From contig QKEW01000008.1 in NCBI GenBank assembly GCA_003251635.1, forward strand, positions 110,860 through 174,859: a stretch of 64,000 nt of DNA, written 5' to 3'. Numbering within the stretch: position 1 is the stretch's first letter; every line of letters starts with the position of its first letter. The notes under the pieces are model-generated. The model saw nothing but the letters and a program-made list of their open reading frames with translations, was not told where the DNA came from and ran no database searches. This document shows, piece after piece, positions 9,997 to 20,380 of the stretch. This DNA is from a bacterium. Its GTDB lineage: Bacteria > Patescibacteriota > Minisyncoccia > Moranbacterales > GWC2-37-73. The position numbers and the translations under genes are program-made.

Positions 9997-10506
9997 TTAA
10001 ATGAAATCACTCGGTTTTACCACGATTTTTCTTTCTTCACCCTCTCCGATACTTTCAGTAACTACGGCTTCATTCTTGGATAATTCCAAGTGTACCAAGC
10101 GACGCTCATAGTTCGACATGGGTTTCATGATGATGGAGCGTTTTTCTTGCAGAGCCTTGGAGGCTGCCTCCTTAGCCAATTCGATTAGGTTGTCATTTTT
10201 TTCTCTGCGGTAGGAATTTATGTCTATTACGAATTTTATTTTTTCCTCAGTTTTTTTTCTGGTTAAAAGACGGGCTAAATGTTGGATAGCTTGCAGATTT
10301 TGTCCGTGTTGTCCGATTAGGAAGTTAGAATCTTCATTGGTGGAAATGTTGCAAACAACTTCTGTTTCATTTTCTGATGAATTCGATGACTCAATTTTAA
10401 TTTCAGGATCAAATCCCATTTTAAGCAAAAGTTCTTTAACTGTTTCTTCGATCAACTGATTGATTTCTTTTGGATTCTTCATATCTTTAAAATTAATGTT
10501 TGGCAA
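9997..10506 (-). CDS. khpB: KhpB/Jag RNA-binding protein (KH plus R3H, no Jag_N domain)
   Basis: LIGQHGQNLQAIQ KH motif; PMSNYERRLVH R3H motif; next to yidC. Confidence 0.9.
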   Translation of the reverse strand: MPNINFKDMKNPKEINQLIEETVKELLLKMGFDPEIKIESSNSSENETEVVCNISTNEDSNFLIGQHGQNLQAIQHLARLLTRKKTEEKIKFVIDINSYRREKNDNLIELAKEAASKALQEKRSIIMKPMSNYERRLVHLELSKNEAVVTESIGEGEERKIVVKPSDFI

Positions 10507-11218
10507 CTTTTTTTTGTATGTAAATCTGCTGGATCAGCATGAATAAGGTTGAGGTCAACCAGTAAAGTGATAGGCCGGCGGCAAATTTTATTCCAATAAA
10601 GAAAGTCAGGGCTGGTCCTAAAAATAACATTTGCTTGTTCATCATCTGAGCGATATCAGGTTCATTATTGGCCTGTTTTTTGGTTGTTGAGGATTTGGCC
10701 ATAAGCATTTTGGTTTGAAAAAACTGGGCGGCCGCAGCCAAAAAGGCTATGAAAACATTGGGTTTTGTTAAATCAACGAAGTAAATGAAGAATTGATTGA
10801 TATTTCCAGGATCAGAAACGAATGAATATAATTGTTGGCTGTCAACCGTGAGTCCGCTCGAGGATATGTTAAATAGGATTCTGTAAATCGCAATCAAAAA
10901 CACTAATTGAATCACGAGAGGCAAACAGCCGGAAAAGGGGTTAGTTTTTTCAGTTTTGTAGAGTTCCATCAACTCTTTGGCCTGCTGCTCTTTGTTGCCG
11001 GCAGTTTTTTTCTGGATCTCTTTGATCTTTGGTTGAATTTCTTGCAACTTTCTTTGAGAATCTATTTGTTTACGGTAAATCGGAATAAGCAAAGAACGCA
11101 AAAACAAAGTTATGAGAATTATAGAAACACCAAAATCGCCACCAGGAATTATGTCGTAAAGGAAAATCAGAATGTTGTATAGAGGTTGATAGATGAAAGC
11201 ATGAAAAATTCCGCCCAT
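10493..11218 (-). CDS. yidC: Membrane protein insertase YidC
   Basis: NPFSGCLPLVIQL and GLSLYW motifs; synteny with rnpA and rpmH. Confidence 0.95.
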   Translation of the reverse strand: MGGIFHAFIYQPLYNILIFLYDIIPGGDFGVSIILITLFLRSLLIPIYRKQIDSQRKLQEIQPKIKEIQKKTAGNKEQQAKELMELYKTEKTNPFSGCLPLVIQLVFLIAIYRILFNISSSGLTVDSQQLYSFVSDPGNINQFFIYFVDLTKPNVFIAFLAAAAQFFQTKMLMAKSSTTKKQANNEPDIAQMMNKQMLFLGPALTFFIGIKFAAGLSLYWLTSTLFMLIQQIYIQKKVAKH

Positions 11219-11222
11219 TTTT

Positions 11223-11570
11223 TTATTTTAGTAAATTATTTTTCTTTAAAGCTGTTTCTAAATCCCTGGATATTTCCTCGGTTTTTAGGTTTTTAGCTGA
11301 AAATCCTTTTTTTAAACCAATAATCAGATTTAACTGGGGTTTGATCTTGAATTGTATTTGATAAACGGCGGCTCTCAATTTTCTCTTTATCTGATTTCTT
11401 TCAACGGCTTTCTTGAAGCTGTTTTTTCCAACAACAAATCCAAATTTAGTTTCCGGGCAGTTATTTTCTTTAACCTTGATAATCAAAAATTTGGAAGAAA
11501 AAAAGCTGCCATAGCGGAAAGTCTTTTCAAATTCTTGTTTATTTTTTAATCGATTTTTTTGCTTTAGCAT
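11223..11570 (-). CDS. rnpA: Ribonuclease P protein component
   Basis: RLKNKQEF, FGFVVGK, KKAVERNQIKRKLR motifs. Confidence 0.95.
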   Translation of the reverse strand: MLKQKNRLKNKQEFEKTFRYGSFFSSKFLIIKVKENNCPETKFGFVVGKNSFKKAVERNQIKRKLRAAVYQIQFKIKPQLNLIIGLKKGFSAKNLKTEEISRDLETALKKNNLLK

Positions 11571-11594
11571 GACTAAAAATCATTTCTATCTAAG

Positions 11595-11729
11595 CTAGAC
11601 GGATAATTTCTTCCTTCCTTTCTGGCGTCTCTTCTTGATTACAGCTCTTCCGGTGGAGGTGCTCATTCTTTGAAGGAATCCATGTCTTTTTTTTCTCTTC
11701 CCTTTTTTTGGTTGATAGGTTCTTTTCAT
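11595..11729 (-). CDS. rpmH: 50S ribosomal protein L34
   Basis: Manual translation [44 protein letters not shown]; too short for the ORF track. Confidence 0.97.
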   Translation of the reverse strand: MKRTYQPKKGKRKKRHGFLQRMSTSTGRAVIKKRRQKGRKKLSV

Positions 11730-11749
11730 ATCGTTACATTATTTAATTA

Positions 11750-11945
11750 TGTTGATAACTAAATTGAGTGTACATTTTTGAAGTGAAAAAGTCAATGTTT
11801 TGTGTTTAAAAAAGCCAAAAAAGACTAGGGGAACGGATGAGTTTGAAAATTAAGTAAAAACCAAAAATGTTGGCAGTTATTAACAAGTTATCCACATGGT
11901 TAATAACATTAGTAACTGGTGTGGATAACTCTGGCGTGATATAAT
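11750..11945. promoter_or_regulatory. DnaA boxes and dnaA promoter
   Basis: TGTTGATAA 11750-58, TTATTAACA 11877-85, TTATCCACA 11888-96, TGTGGATAA 11920-28, extended -10 TGaTATAAT 11937-45. Confidence 0.8.
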
Positions 11946-11969
11946 TTTTCCAACGGTAAAGAAGTTTCT

Positions 11970-13385
11970 ATGAAAAATGAAGAACTTTGGCAAGCGGCAC
12001 TGGGGGATATAGAGCTTTCCATATCAAAAGCTAATTTTATTACTTGGTTTAAAAATACCTCGATCATTTCAAATGAAAATGGCCGGGTGGTTATTGGTGT
12101 ACCAAACGGTTTTGCTAAAGAATGGCTGGAAAATAAATATAATACTTACATTTATAAGGCCTTGCGCAGTTTCCAGGAGGATGTTCGGGAAATAAGTTGT
12201 GTCATTCATAATCCTCAAAATAATTCATCCGGGGAGAAAGCTGCCGAAAGAAGCCAGGCCAGTTCTTTTAATAGAGACAAGGCAGTTGAAAGCAATTTGT
12301 CTGCCAGTGAGCCCAGCCAAGTTCAGGCGGGAACCCAGCAAAGCTTCGATTATATTTCTGAATCCAACATAAATCCCCGTTATACTTTTGATAATTTTAT
12401 AGTGGGTGAAAATAATGAGTTGGCTAGAGCGGCTTGCTATGCAGTTTCGCAGAATTTGGGCAGGATTTATAATCCGCTTTTTATTTATGGCGGAGTTGGT
12501 TTAGGCAAAACTCATTTGCTTCAATCAATCGGAAATGAAATTTTGCGTAAAGATCCAAAAAAAAGAATAAAATATATGACTTCTGAGCGGTTTGCCAATG
12601 AATTGATTGATTCGATCAGAAACCAAACTATAAATGAATTTAAATCAAGCTATCAGCAAATCGATCTTTTAATTATTGATGATATTCAATTTTTGGCTGG
12701 CAAAGAGAAAACCCAAAATGAATTTTTTCACATTTTCAATGCTCTTTATCAGATCAATAAGCAAATTGTTTTGAGTAGTGACCGACCGCCTCGAGCCATT
12801 GCAACATTGGAGGAACGTTTACGGTCGCGTTTCGAGGGTGGCATGATTGCGGATGTCAGCAGTCCGGATTTGGAAACCCGAATGGCGATCTTAAAAGCCA
12901 AATTGGCTGAGAAAAGCTTTTATTTAGAAGAGGATGTGGTGAAATTCATCGCTGAAAATATTAAAAACAATATTCGTGAATTGGAAGGATCGCTTAATCG
13001 GATCATGGCCGCTTGTGAATTTGGGCAAAAAGCTCCGGATATGGAATTGGTTAAGAGGACCTTATCAGATTTGATTTCTTCTGGAAAAAAGAAAGGTGTC
13101 CAGCAAAATCACGTAGTTGAAGCTGTGGCTAATTTTTTTGGCATAGATAAAAAAGATTTGATTAATAAAGGCCGAAAAAAGGAGATTTCTCGAGCTAGGC
13201 AAATAGCCATGTATTTGATGAGGAAAGAGCTGAACGCTTCCTATCCGGGAATCGGTAGTGTTTTTGGTGGACGTGATCATACGACGGCTTTGCACGCCTA
13301 CGAAAAAATAAATCGGGAACTGGAAACGGATAGTAAACTAAGGGAAGATGTTGAGGTTTTGACAGAAAAGATATACGAAATATAA
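11970..13385 (+). CDS. dnaA: Chromosomal replication initiator DnaA
   Basis: YNPLFIYGGVGLGKTHL, LIIDDIQF, FGGRDHTT motifs. Confidence 0.99.
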   Translation: MKNEELWQAALGDIELSISKANFITWFKNTSIISNENGRVVIGVPNGFAKEWLENKYNTYIYKALRSFQEDVREISCVIHNPQNNSSGEKAAERSQASSFNRDKAVESNLSASEPSQVQAGTQQSFDYISESNINPRYTFDNFIVGENNELARAACYAVSQNLGRIYNPLFIYGGVGLGKTHLLQSIGNEILRKDPKKRIKYMTSERFANELIDSIRNQTINEFKSSYQQIDLLIIDDIQFLAGKEKTQNEFFHIFNALYQINKQIVLSSDRPPRAIATLEERLRSRFEGGMIADVSSPDLETRMAILKAKLAEKSFYLEEDVVKFIAENIKNNIRELEGSLNRIMAACEFGQKAPDMELVKRTLSDLISSGKKKGVQQNHVVEAVANFFGIDKKDLINKGRKKEISRARQIAMYLMRKELNASYPGIGSVFGGRDHTTALHAYEKINRELETDSKLREDVEVLTEKIYEI

Positions 13386-13490
13386 AAGTGGATAAGCTGT
13401 GACTAACTGTTGGTTTATTTTTTTAAAAATTCTTGTAAAATGGCTAAATAGCTGAAAATGGCAACTTAAACATTATTTGTCGGAAAAAAT

Positions 13491-14639
13491 ATGAAAGTAG
13501 TTTGTACTCAAGAAAAATTTAAAAAAGCTATTTATAGCACTGAAAGAGTGGTGGGTAAGCAAATAACCTTGCCTATTTTGGAAAATATTTTATTGGAAAC
13601 AGAAGGCGGAATGTTGAAATTCTCGGCTACTAATTTGGAAATCGGAGTTTTTTTGAAAATCGGGGCCAAAGTTGAAAAGGAAGGTCAAATAACTGTCCCA
13701 GCTAAATTGCTTAGCAGTTTTGTGAATAATTTGCCAACTGATAGCACGATTTCTTTGGAAGCTGAAAACCAGGTTTTGAAAGTTTCAAGTGGAAGTGTGG
13801 AGGGGTCTATAAAAGGTTTGTTGGCTCAAGATTTTCCGATAATTCCAGAAATGGAAGGAAATTTTCTGTTTTCTCTGAATGCTCAAAAAATGAAAGAGTC
13901 GATCAATCGATTGATTCCATGTGCTTCTTTGGATGCGACGCGACCGGAGCTTTCAGGAATAAGCTGGATTTTTTCTGATAGTAAGGTTTTTTTGGCAGCC
14001 ACTGATAGTTTTCGGTTGGCTCAACAGATAATTCCGATTAAAAAAGAGCAAGAGCAAGAATACAATCTCTTTGTGGAAAAGAACAATTCTTTAGTTGTTC
14101 CGGCCAACACATTGGCGGAAGTTTTTCGGGTTGTTGGACCAGAAACTAAGGAAATCAAAGTCTCCATAGAGGAAAGTCAAATATTTTTTCAAATTGATAA
14201 TATTCGGATTGTTTCGCGCTTGATTAATGGAAAATATCCTGAATATAAACAGATTATTCCGAAACAATTTGCCACTCGAGCAATTGTTTCCAAGGATGAA
14301 CTTTTGCGGGCGGTAAAAATTGCTGGAATTTTTGCTAAAAATAAAACAGGCGAGGTTCGTTTTGAAATTGATTCGGATGGCGGGCAGATCATGGTTTATT
14401 CCAAGGCTGAGGAGGTTGGTGACAATAAAACGGTTTTACAATCTCAAATTTCTGGACCCAAGCAAGAAATCATCTTCAATCCGCGTTATATTGTAGACGG
14501 AGTTCAGACGATTCCGACTGAAAGAGTGGTAATTTTGGTTAATGACAACGCCTCACCGGCTGTTTTGCGGATGATTGAGGGCAGTGAAAATAAGGAAAAT
14601 CTGGACTATACTTACGTGGTGATGCCAATCAAGGCCTAG
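13491..14639 (+). CDS. dnaN: DNA polymerase III beta clamp
   Basis: ATNLEIG, ATDSFRLA, RLINGKYP, YVVMPIK motifs; follows dnaA. Confidence 0.98.
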   Translation: MKVVCTQEKFKKAIYSTERVVGKQITLPILENILLETEGGMLKFSATNLEIGVFLKIGAKVEKEGQITVPAKLLSSFVNNLPTDSTISLEAENQVLKVSSGSVEGSIKGLLAQDFPIIPEMEGNFLFSLNAQKMKESINRLIPCASLDATRPELSGISWIFSDSKVFLAATDSFRLAQQIIPIKKEQEQEYNLFVEKNNSLVVPANTLAEVFRVVGPETKEIKVSIEESQIFFQIDNIRIVSRLINGKYPEYKQIIPKQFATRAIVSKDELLRAVKIAGIFAKNKTGEVRFEIDSDGGQIMVYSKAEEVGDNKTVLQSQISGPKQEIIFNPRYIVDGVQTIPTERVVILVNDNASPAVLRMIEGSENKENLDYTYVVMPIKA

Positions 14640-14644
14640 TCTTT

Positions 14645-14923
14645 ATGAAAAAAATCGGTTATTTTTTACAAAAAAAGCAGTTAACCAAAAAAGCAGCTTT
14701 AGATGACAAAAGCATTTTCTATGTTTTTGATAAGATCATAAAACAGGAATATGGAAATCGGGGGCTGGAAAATGTGAAGCCAAGTTATTTTAAGGGTAAA
14801 AAACTTTTTCTCAAAGCGGAAAATTCCAATTGGGCTAGTGAAATTTGGCTTAATCGTCAGAATTTGATCGACAAAATCAACGCAGAATTGGGTTTTGACG
14901 AAATTGAAGAAATTTCAATTTAA
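14645..14923 (+). CDS. dciA: DciA (DUF721) helicase-loader-like protein
   Basis: Short protein after dnaN; KLFLKAENSNWASEIWLNRQNLIDKIN matches the DUF721 pattern. Confidence 0.7.
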   Translation: MKKIGYFLQKKQLTKKAALDDKSIFYVFDKIIKQEYGNRGLENVKPSYFKGKKLFLKAENSNWASEIWLNRQNLIDKINAELGFDEIEEISI

Positions 14924-15013
14924 GGTCCTTGCCAAATGAAAAAGTTTGTGGTAACATCTTGGAAGTGTTTCAGTCGCAAATAATTTATATCTATTTAATT
15001 TTGGGAAAAATCT

Positions 15014-15283
15014 ATGCCAATTAAGAAATCGGCCAAAAAGTATATGCGAGTAACCGAAAGGAAAACTTTGCAAAACAAGGAGGTTAAGGGAGTTTTTCGC
15101 AGCGCTATCAAGAAAACTCGCGAGGCTGTTAGCAGCAATAAAATTGAAGAGGCGCAAAAATGGTTAAAAGTAGCCACTAAAGCCTTGGATAAAGCAGCTC
15201 AAAAGAAAGTTATCAAGAAAAATACAGCTGCTCGCAAGAAATCAAGACTTAATAAGGCTGTTAAGGCAGTAGCTGCAAAATAA
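15014..15283 (+). CDS. rpsT: 30S ribosomal protein S20
   Basis: MPIKKSAKK...LDKAAQKKVIKKNTAARKKSRL. Confidence 0.98.
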   Translation: MPIKKSAKKYMRVTERKTLQNKEVKGVFRSAIKKTREAVSSNKIEEAQKWLKVATKALDKAAQKKVIKKNTAARKKSRLNKAVKAVAAK

Positions 15284-15304
15284 GCTCATTGGTTTGCTTG
15301 TAAA

Positions 15305-15329
15305 AAAACGGCTCCTTTGGAGCTGTTTT
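15305..15329 (+). terminator. Intrinsic terminator after rpsT
   Basis: aaaacggctcc-ttt-ggagctgtttt hairpin. Confidence 0.75.
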
Positions 15330-15392
15330 CGGTTGACAAATGATGCTTGTTTGATAGATTTTTGAGTCGCAACAAAACTGAGGAGGTGTAAA

Positions 15393-15623
15393 TTGGAATC
15401 AACAGAAGTGGGGCAAGTGAGGGGTCACTTAAGGATAGCAAGTTTACTGATTTTGCTATCCATTATCTTTCTCGCAGCGGAAGACAATTCTTTGTCTTTT
15501 ATGTTGTCAATAAGCGGAGTGGTAGTAATTGTTGCCATTCTTAAATGCAACCTAGGTAAATCTGAAAAAGTCTGCATTTTTTTTGGTGTAGCGGGATTTT
15601 TATCTCTGGAATTTTTGCGGTGA
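15393..15623 (+). CDS. Small orphan membrane protein
   Basis: 76 aa, hydrophobic; AGGAGGTG SD, TTGACA upstream, hairpin downstream near 15685-15716. Confidence 0.55.
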   Translation: MESTEVGQVRGHLRIASLLILLSIIFLAAEDNSLSFMLSISGVVVIVAILKCNLGKSEKVCIFFGVAGFLSLEFLR

Positions 15624-15808
15624 TTCCAGTGATAATAGCAATGGTTGCGTCGATTCTAAAATAATTCATTCGTAGAAAAATTTAAAGGCACGCCCCAAAT
15701 GGGAAACGGCCTTTTTTAATCAAAAAAATTCAAATGATAATAAAACATCAGGGGTAAAATTATTTTTTGTTAATAATATAGATAAAATATGAATATTTGT
15801 ATAGGTTA

Positions 15809-15837
15809 TTGACATAAATCCTATTATTATATATAAT
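15809..15837 (+). promoter_or_regulatory. Consensus sigma70 promoter of the fic gene
   Basis: TTGACA-17 nt-TATAAT. Confidence 0.8.
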
Positions 15838-15897
15838 TCATATATAAACTATATATATAATATATATCTAATTTATATATAAATATCTTTTATTTTT

Positions 15898-17262
15898 ATG
15901 AGCAAAAACACTAAAAATCAATATTTTTATGAATTGGAAAAGCCAGAATTGAAAAAAATAGGATTAAAGGCTTTGGAGCATGTTTTTGGTGAGAAATCCG
16001 TGCAACTGAAAATCCTTGAATTGCTAAAAAAAGCTTCTTTTCCAAAGTATTTGTATTGGGATAAGGTTAAATATTTTGAATTGCCAACTGAAATTGGGAG
16101 TCCGGAATTGTTTTGGAAAGTTGTAAAAATTTCCAGAAACTTGGAGTCTATCAGGACCCCAATTAAAACTGAAAAAGGAGATTATTTTAGTTGGGTGAAA
16201 ATTTTGAAATTGGATGAATTTTTGCACAGACTTGATTTGAATACGGGGGGTCATTTATCGATGTTTGCAGAAGATTTGGATGAAAAAAAACGTTTAAGAT
16301 TTATCTCAAATGGGATAATTGAAGAATCCATTGCTTCTTCACAATTGGAGGGAGCGAATACTACTCGAAAAATGGCTAAGCAATTTTTACTTGAAGGAAG
16401 AAAACCTAAAAATAACAGTGAGCAAATGATCCTGAATAATTATGAGGCCATGCTGTACATTGAAGAAGATTTGAAAAAAATGAGCCTGGATACAAGTTCA
16501 CTATTTAACTTACATGCCATTTTAACCAAAAACACTTTGTCCACTAAAGATATTGCCAGGTTCAGACGGGATGTGGACGAAATTGTGGTGAGTGATAATG
16601 ATGGGATGGTTTATCACATTCCGCCCAGAGAAAGTTTTCTCTTAAGGGAAATGGAGAATTTTTTAGATTTTTGTAATGACAAAAATGATGAAGAAAACTT
16701 CCTGCACCCAGTGATCAAGGCCATCATGATTCATTTTTGGGTGGGTTATTTACATCCGTTCGTGGACGGCAATGGAAGGATGGCTAGAGCATTGTTTTAT
16801 TGGTATTTGTTGAAAAAAGGTTACTGGGCTTTTGCTTATCTGCCAATTTCGATGACAATCCGGAAATCGCCGCAGCAATACAAAATGGCTTACCTGTACA
16901 GCGAACAAGATGATAACGATCTGACTTATTTTATTGATTACAATATTAATAAAATTAAATTATCACTGAAGGATTTTGAGGAATATATCGTTAAAAAAGA
17001 AAAAGAAGCCAAAATTTTCAGGGAAAGTGCAATTAAAAAATTCCAACTTAACGAAAGGCAATTGAAATTGTTGCAATATTTTCAAAAAAATCCAGAGGGT
17101 AAAACTTTTGCCAGAATGCATGCGAATATTTATCAAATTTCCTGGTTGACGGCGGCCAATGATTTGAAAGAAATGGAAAAGGACGGATTGCTTGAGTCTG
17201 AAAAAATGGGAAAGAATAAATTTTACCGCCCAACTACTAAGATAGACGAGTTTTTTGAGTGA
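15898..17262 (+). CDS. Fic family protein (class II, autoinhibited) with C-terminal wHTH
   Basis: HPFVDGNGRMAR catalytic motif; SSQLEG inhibitory motif N-terminal to it; LNERQ...TAANDL HTH-like tail. Confidence 0.92.
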   Translation: MSKNTKNQYFYELEKPELKKIGLKALEHVFGEKSVQLKILELLKKASFPKYLYWDKVKYFELPTEIGSPELFWKVVKISRNLESIRTPIKTEKGDYFSWVKILKLDEFLHRLDLNTGGHLSMFAEDLDEKKRLRFISNGIIEESIASSQLEGANTTRKMAKQFLLEGRKPKNNSEQMILNNYEAMLYIEEDLKKMSLDTSSLFNLHAILTKNTLSTKDIARFRRDVDEIVVSDNDGMVYHIPPRESFLLREMENFLDFCNDKNDEENFLHPVIKAIMIHFWVGYLHPFVDGNGRMARALFYWYLLKKGYWAFAYLPISMTIRKSPQQYKMAYLYSEQDDNDLTYFIDYNINKIKLSLKDFEEYIVKKEKEAKIFRESAIKKFQLNERQLKLLQYFQKNPEGKTFARMHANIYQISWLTAANDLKEMEKDGLLESEKMGKNKFYRPTTKIDEFFE

Positions 17263-17267
17263 ACCGT

Positions 17268-18230
17268 TTAAACCCCCACGATAAACCGATCCAGGGCTAG
17301 GACCAGATCGGTTTGGCCAGTTTTGACTTGTTGGTCAATTTTTTCCAGGTCTTGATAGATTTTTTTCAATTTTTCTAGGGAGGTTTGGCGGATTTGGGAC
17401 AACGATTTTTGAACCACAAACGGATGAAGCTTGGTCTGGACAGCAATGGCGCGCGGATCCGGGTTGCCGTTTTGCCAGGCGTCGGCAATTTTGAGCAGGT
17501 TGCGAATTTGGTAGATATACATGGAAAAAACATAGAAGACATCTTCACCTTTTTCAATTTGTTGATGAAAAAGGTCCAGGGCAAGTTTTTTATTTTGACT
17601 CAAGAGCGCCTCAATTGTTTGAAAAATATTGGATTGAATTTGAGCTTTAACCATTTTTTCCAAATCAGTTTCGGTTAGGGTGCCTTCGGGTTTAAAAGTT
17701 ATCAATTTTTCCAGTTCATTTTTGAGTAAAAAAAGATCGTTACCCACAGTCGAAGCCAACAGGGAAACGGTTTTTGGATCAAAAGCTGTTTGAATTTTAT
17801 TTTTTTGAAGATAGTTTTGAATCCATTTTTCCAATTCAAAATTCTTAAGAAGATCAAATTGTTGTTTTTTGGCGTTTTTGTCTAAGAATTTATAGAAGGA
17901 CAGATTTTTACGAGGATTGGAATTTTCATGAAAAATTAGCGTTGAATCGGGATTTTTGTCCAAAGCAGCTTTTTTTAATTTTTCCAAAACTTCTTTTTGT
18001 TTTTCGCTGGAAACATTTTGAAGAAAATCCAAGGAGATTATCAATTTTTTTTGGGAAAAAAGCCCCTCATTTTGCCAAGAAGCTTCCAACTGGTCGGTTG
18101 AGGCTTCTTTTTGGGAAAAATCGATGATTATCAGGTTTCCATTAGGATTTTTTTGTTGGAAAAGTTGTTTCAGCTCGGAAAGTTTTTCCTCGGAACGGAA
18201 TAAGTCTTCTCCAAAAAGAAATATGAGCAT
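17268..18230 (-). CDS. holA: DNA polymerase III delta subunit
   Basis: MLIFLFGED, GLFSQKKLI, LKNELEKL, LHPFVVQK, VKTG motifs. Confidence 0.92.
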   Translation of the reverse strand: MLIFLFGEDLFRSEEKLSELKQLFQQKNPNGNLIIIDFSQKEASTDQLEASWQNEGLFSQKKLIISLDFLQNVSSEKQKEVLEKLKKAALDKNPDSTLIFHENSNPRKNLSFYKFLDKNAKKQQFDLLKNFELEKWIQNYLQKNKIQTAFDPKTVSLLASTVGNDLFLLKNELEKLITFKPEGTLTETDLEKMVKAQIQSNIFQTIEALLSQNKKLALDLFHQQIEKGEDVFYVFSMYIYQIRNLLKIADAWQNGNPDPRAIAVQTKLHPFVVQKSLSQIRQTSLEKLKKIYQDLEKIDQQVKTGQTDLVLALDRFIVGV

Positions 18231-18315
18231 AAATTTGGTTACAAATAAAAAACACTAAAACTAAAGGTGTATCTAAATACTAAACGTTTTAGTGTTTTTT
18301 GAAAAGTGGCTCAGC

Positions 18316-19476
18316 TTAGGCGGTTGGTTCCCATTTGAGGGATTGTCCAGGCTCCAGAATTTCAACCCAAACTTGGCCTGGTACAAACTTGATTTCTTGG
18401 CCGGAGCTGTTGTAAAAATAAAGTTTGCTATCCAGCTTGGAACGATCTTTCTTCCAGCTGCCTCGAGTTTCTTGCCCATTGAAGTAAAAATAAGCCTCGC
18501 CGCTATCGCTGTCGTCATACCAAGGATCGCCAATTTCAACATTGTTGTAGCGACCACTGACACTTTCAACTCCGGTACTTTTTATTTCCGGTACATCAGC
18601 CCAAGGATCCTGTAGCCCTTTGCCGGTATAGTCTTGGTCGATGGTTATTTGTTCGGATTTGGCAAACATAACTACCACATTTTTAGGGGCTAATCTTTGG
18701 TTATTGTTACGGTCGGTATCCGGTTGTCCATCCCAACTGCGTAAATAAGTGTTAGAAGCTTTATCGTAATCATATTCAACATCGTAAGGCTGGGCAAAAG
18801 CTACTCGTAAATTTCCACCATTCGGTCGTTGGCTTTCAGCTAATTCGCTTTGATGTGGGTAGCCGGAAAAACTATTTTCTTGTTCATAGCCAGAGTTGGC
18901 CAACATTTTCAAAACATTTTCCTGGGTGATGCGCCCGGTATCTTCCATGCGCATTTGTCCGGTAGCTTCGCGACGATCACAATAGGAGCTAGTTAAGCAA
19001 TTGACATTATCAATAACTCCTTTGCCGAGAAGGTTTTCGGCGAAAATTGAATAACCCCAGTGAACGTAAATAGCATCTAAGCCTTTGGCGAGGGGAATGT
19101 AGTCATGACGCCCGGAACGAATGGCACCAATTTCTTCAGGAATTTCGCAGCCATAAACGCCCATCAGACGAGTAACGGAAGCGGTATAGGCTGGCATTTC
19201 GAAAATCATGTCAGCTTGGGAGAAACCAGCGGCTGGACGAGCTTGAACATCGGCTGGTTGCATGACAGCTACCAATCGACGATTCCAGTTTTCGCAAGAA
19301 ATTCCGGTAATCGGATTGACTGGGCCTTCATTTTTTATTTCTTCAGTTTTTTGACCCTCAGGATTTAAATTAATCTGTTCGTGTTGATTTTTGTTGCTGT
19401 TGGAGGTTAAGCGAAAAATACCGTAGGCGATCGCCATAACAATGACAATCAGGATTAATTTTTGTTTTCCGTTCAT
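18316..19476 (-). CDS. DUF3048-like exported protein
   Basis: N-terminal TM; NPITG, ARPAAGFSQAD, IGAIRSGR, GQVWVEI motifs. Confidence 0.8.
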   Translation of the reverse strand: MNGKQKLILIVIVMAIAYGIFRLTSNSNKNQHEQINLNPEGQKTEEIKNEGPVNPITGISCENWNRRLVAVMQPADVQARPAAGFSQADMIFEMPAYTASVTRLMGVYGCEIPEEIGAIRSGRHDYIPLAKGLDAIYVHWGYSIFAENLLGKGVIDNVNCLTSSYCDRREATGQMRMEDTGRITQENVLKMLANSGYEQENSFSGYPHQSELAESQRPNGGNLRVAFAQPYDVEYDYDKASNTYLRSWDGQPDTDRNNNQRLAPKNVVVMFAKSEQITIDQDYTGKGLQDPWADVPEIKSTGVESVSGRYNNVEIGDPWYDDSDSGEAYFYFNGQETRGSWKKDRSKLDSKLYFYNSSGQEIKFVPGQVWVEILEPGQSLKWEPTA

Positions 19477-19498
19477 GGTTATTTTTTATGGATTAAAT

Positions 19499-20314
19499 TT
19501 ATTTTTGGCAATGCGGACAATAGAAAGTGCTTCTTTGTCCGATTGTTGATTTCTCGATTATTGTACCACAAATCGGGCACTTCTGACCATTTTTTCTGTA
19601 AACTTGCAAAACTTCTTGAAAATGACCTTTGTGTCCATATCCATCCAGATAATCGCTGTCGGAAGTGCCGCGCATTCTGACTGCTTTTCGGAGAATTTTT
19701 TTGATCGCTCGATGGAGTTGATTGATTTCGATCGCACTCAAACTTCCAGTTTGACGATGAGGATTAATTTTAGCCTCAAACAAAATTTCACTGGCGTAGA
19801 TGTTTCCGATGCCAGTGATTAAATTCTGTTCCAGTAATACGGATTTGAGATTTTTTGTTTTGTTTTTTTGCAAAATTTTGGTCAGTTTCTGAGTGGTGAA
19901 TTTTGGATTCAAAGCGTCAATGCCCAATTTTTCAAAATATTTTTCCAAATCGGCTTTTTTGACCAAATTTAGACTGCCAAATTTGCGGACATCGCGAAAT
20001 TCCAAAAATCCGCTTTCTAAAAAGAAATTGTGACGTAAGATTTTATTTTTACTGGGCTTGTTTTGAAAAATGAGTTGGCCGGTCATTTTCAGGTGAACCA
20101 AAATGACCCAGTCGTTTTCCAGAAAAATCAGGATATTTTTGCCTCTTCTTTGAATGTCGGTAATTTTTTGGCTAAGAATCGTTTTTTTAAATTCAGAAAG
20201 ACTTGTGTTTTTCAATGCTTTTTCCCAAGCAGTTTCAAAATTAACAATTTTTTGACCAATAATTGTTTGATGTAAATCGCTGACAATGGTTTGAACTTCA
20301 GGTAATTCGGGCAT
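19499..20314 (-). CDS. mutM: Formamidopyrimidine-DNA glycosylase
   Basis: Starts MPELPEV (true start 20314); HLKMTG, GIGNIYASE, C-terminal CPIC...CPHCQ zinc finger. Confidence 0.97.
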   Translation of the reverse strand: MPELPEVQTIVSDLHQTIIGQKIVNFETAWEKALKNTSLSEFKKTILSQKITDIQRRGKNILIFLENDWVILVHLKMTGQLIFQNKPSKNKILRHNFFLESGFLEFRDVRKFGSLNLVKKADLEKYFEKLGIDALNPKFTTQKLTKILQKNKTKNLKSVLLEQNLITGIGNIYASEILFEAKINPHRQTGSLSAIEINQLHRAIKKILRKAVRMRGTSDSDYLDGYGHKGHFQEVLQVYRKNGQKCPICGTIIEKSTIGQRSTFYCPHCQK

Positions 20315-20380
20315 GGGAAGTTTTATGTTATTATTTGAAAGTAATGCTATTTTAGCAATAATTTTTAAATCAGCAAGTTG

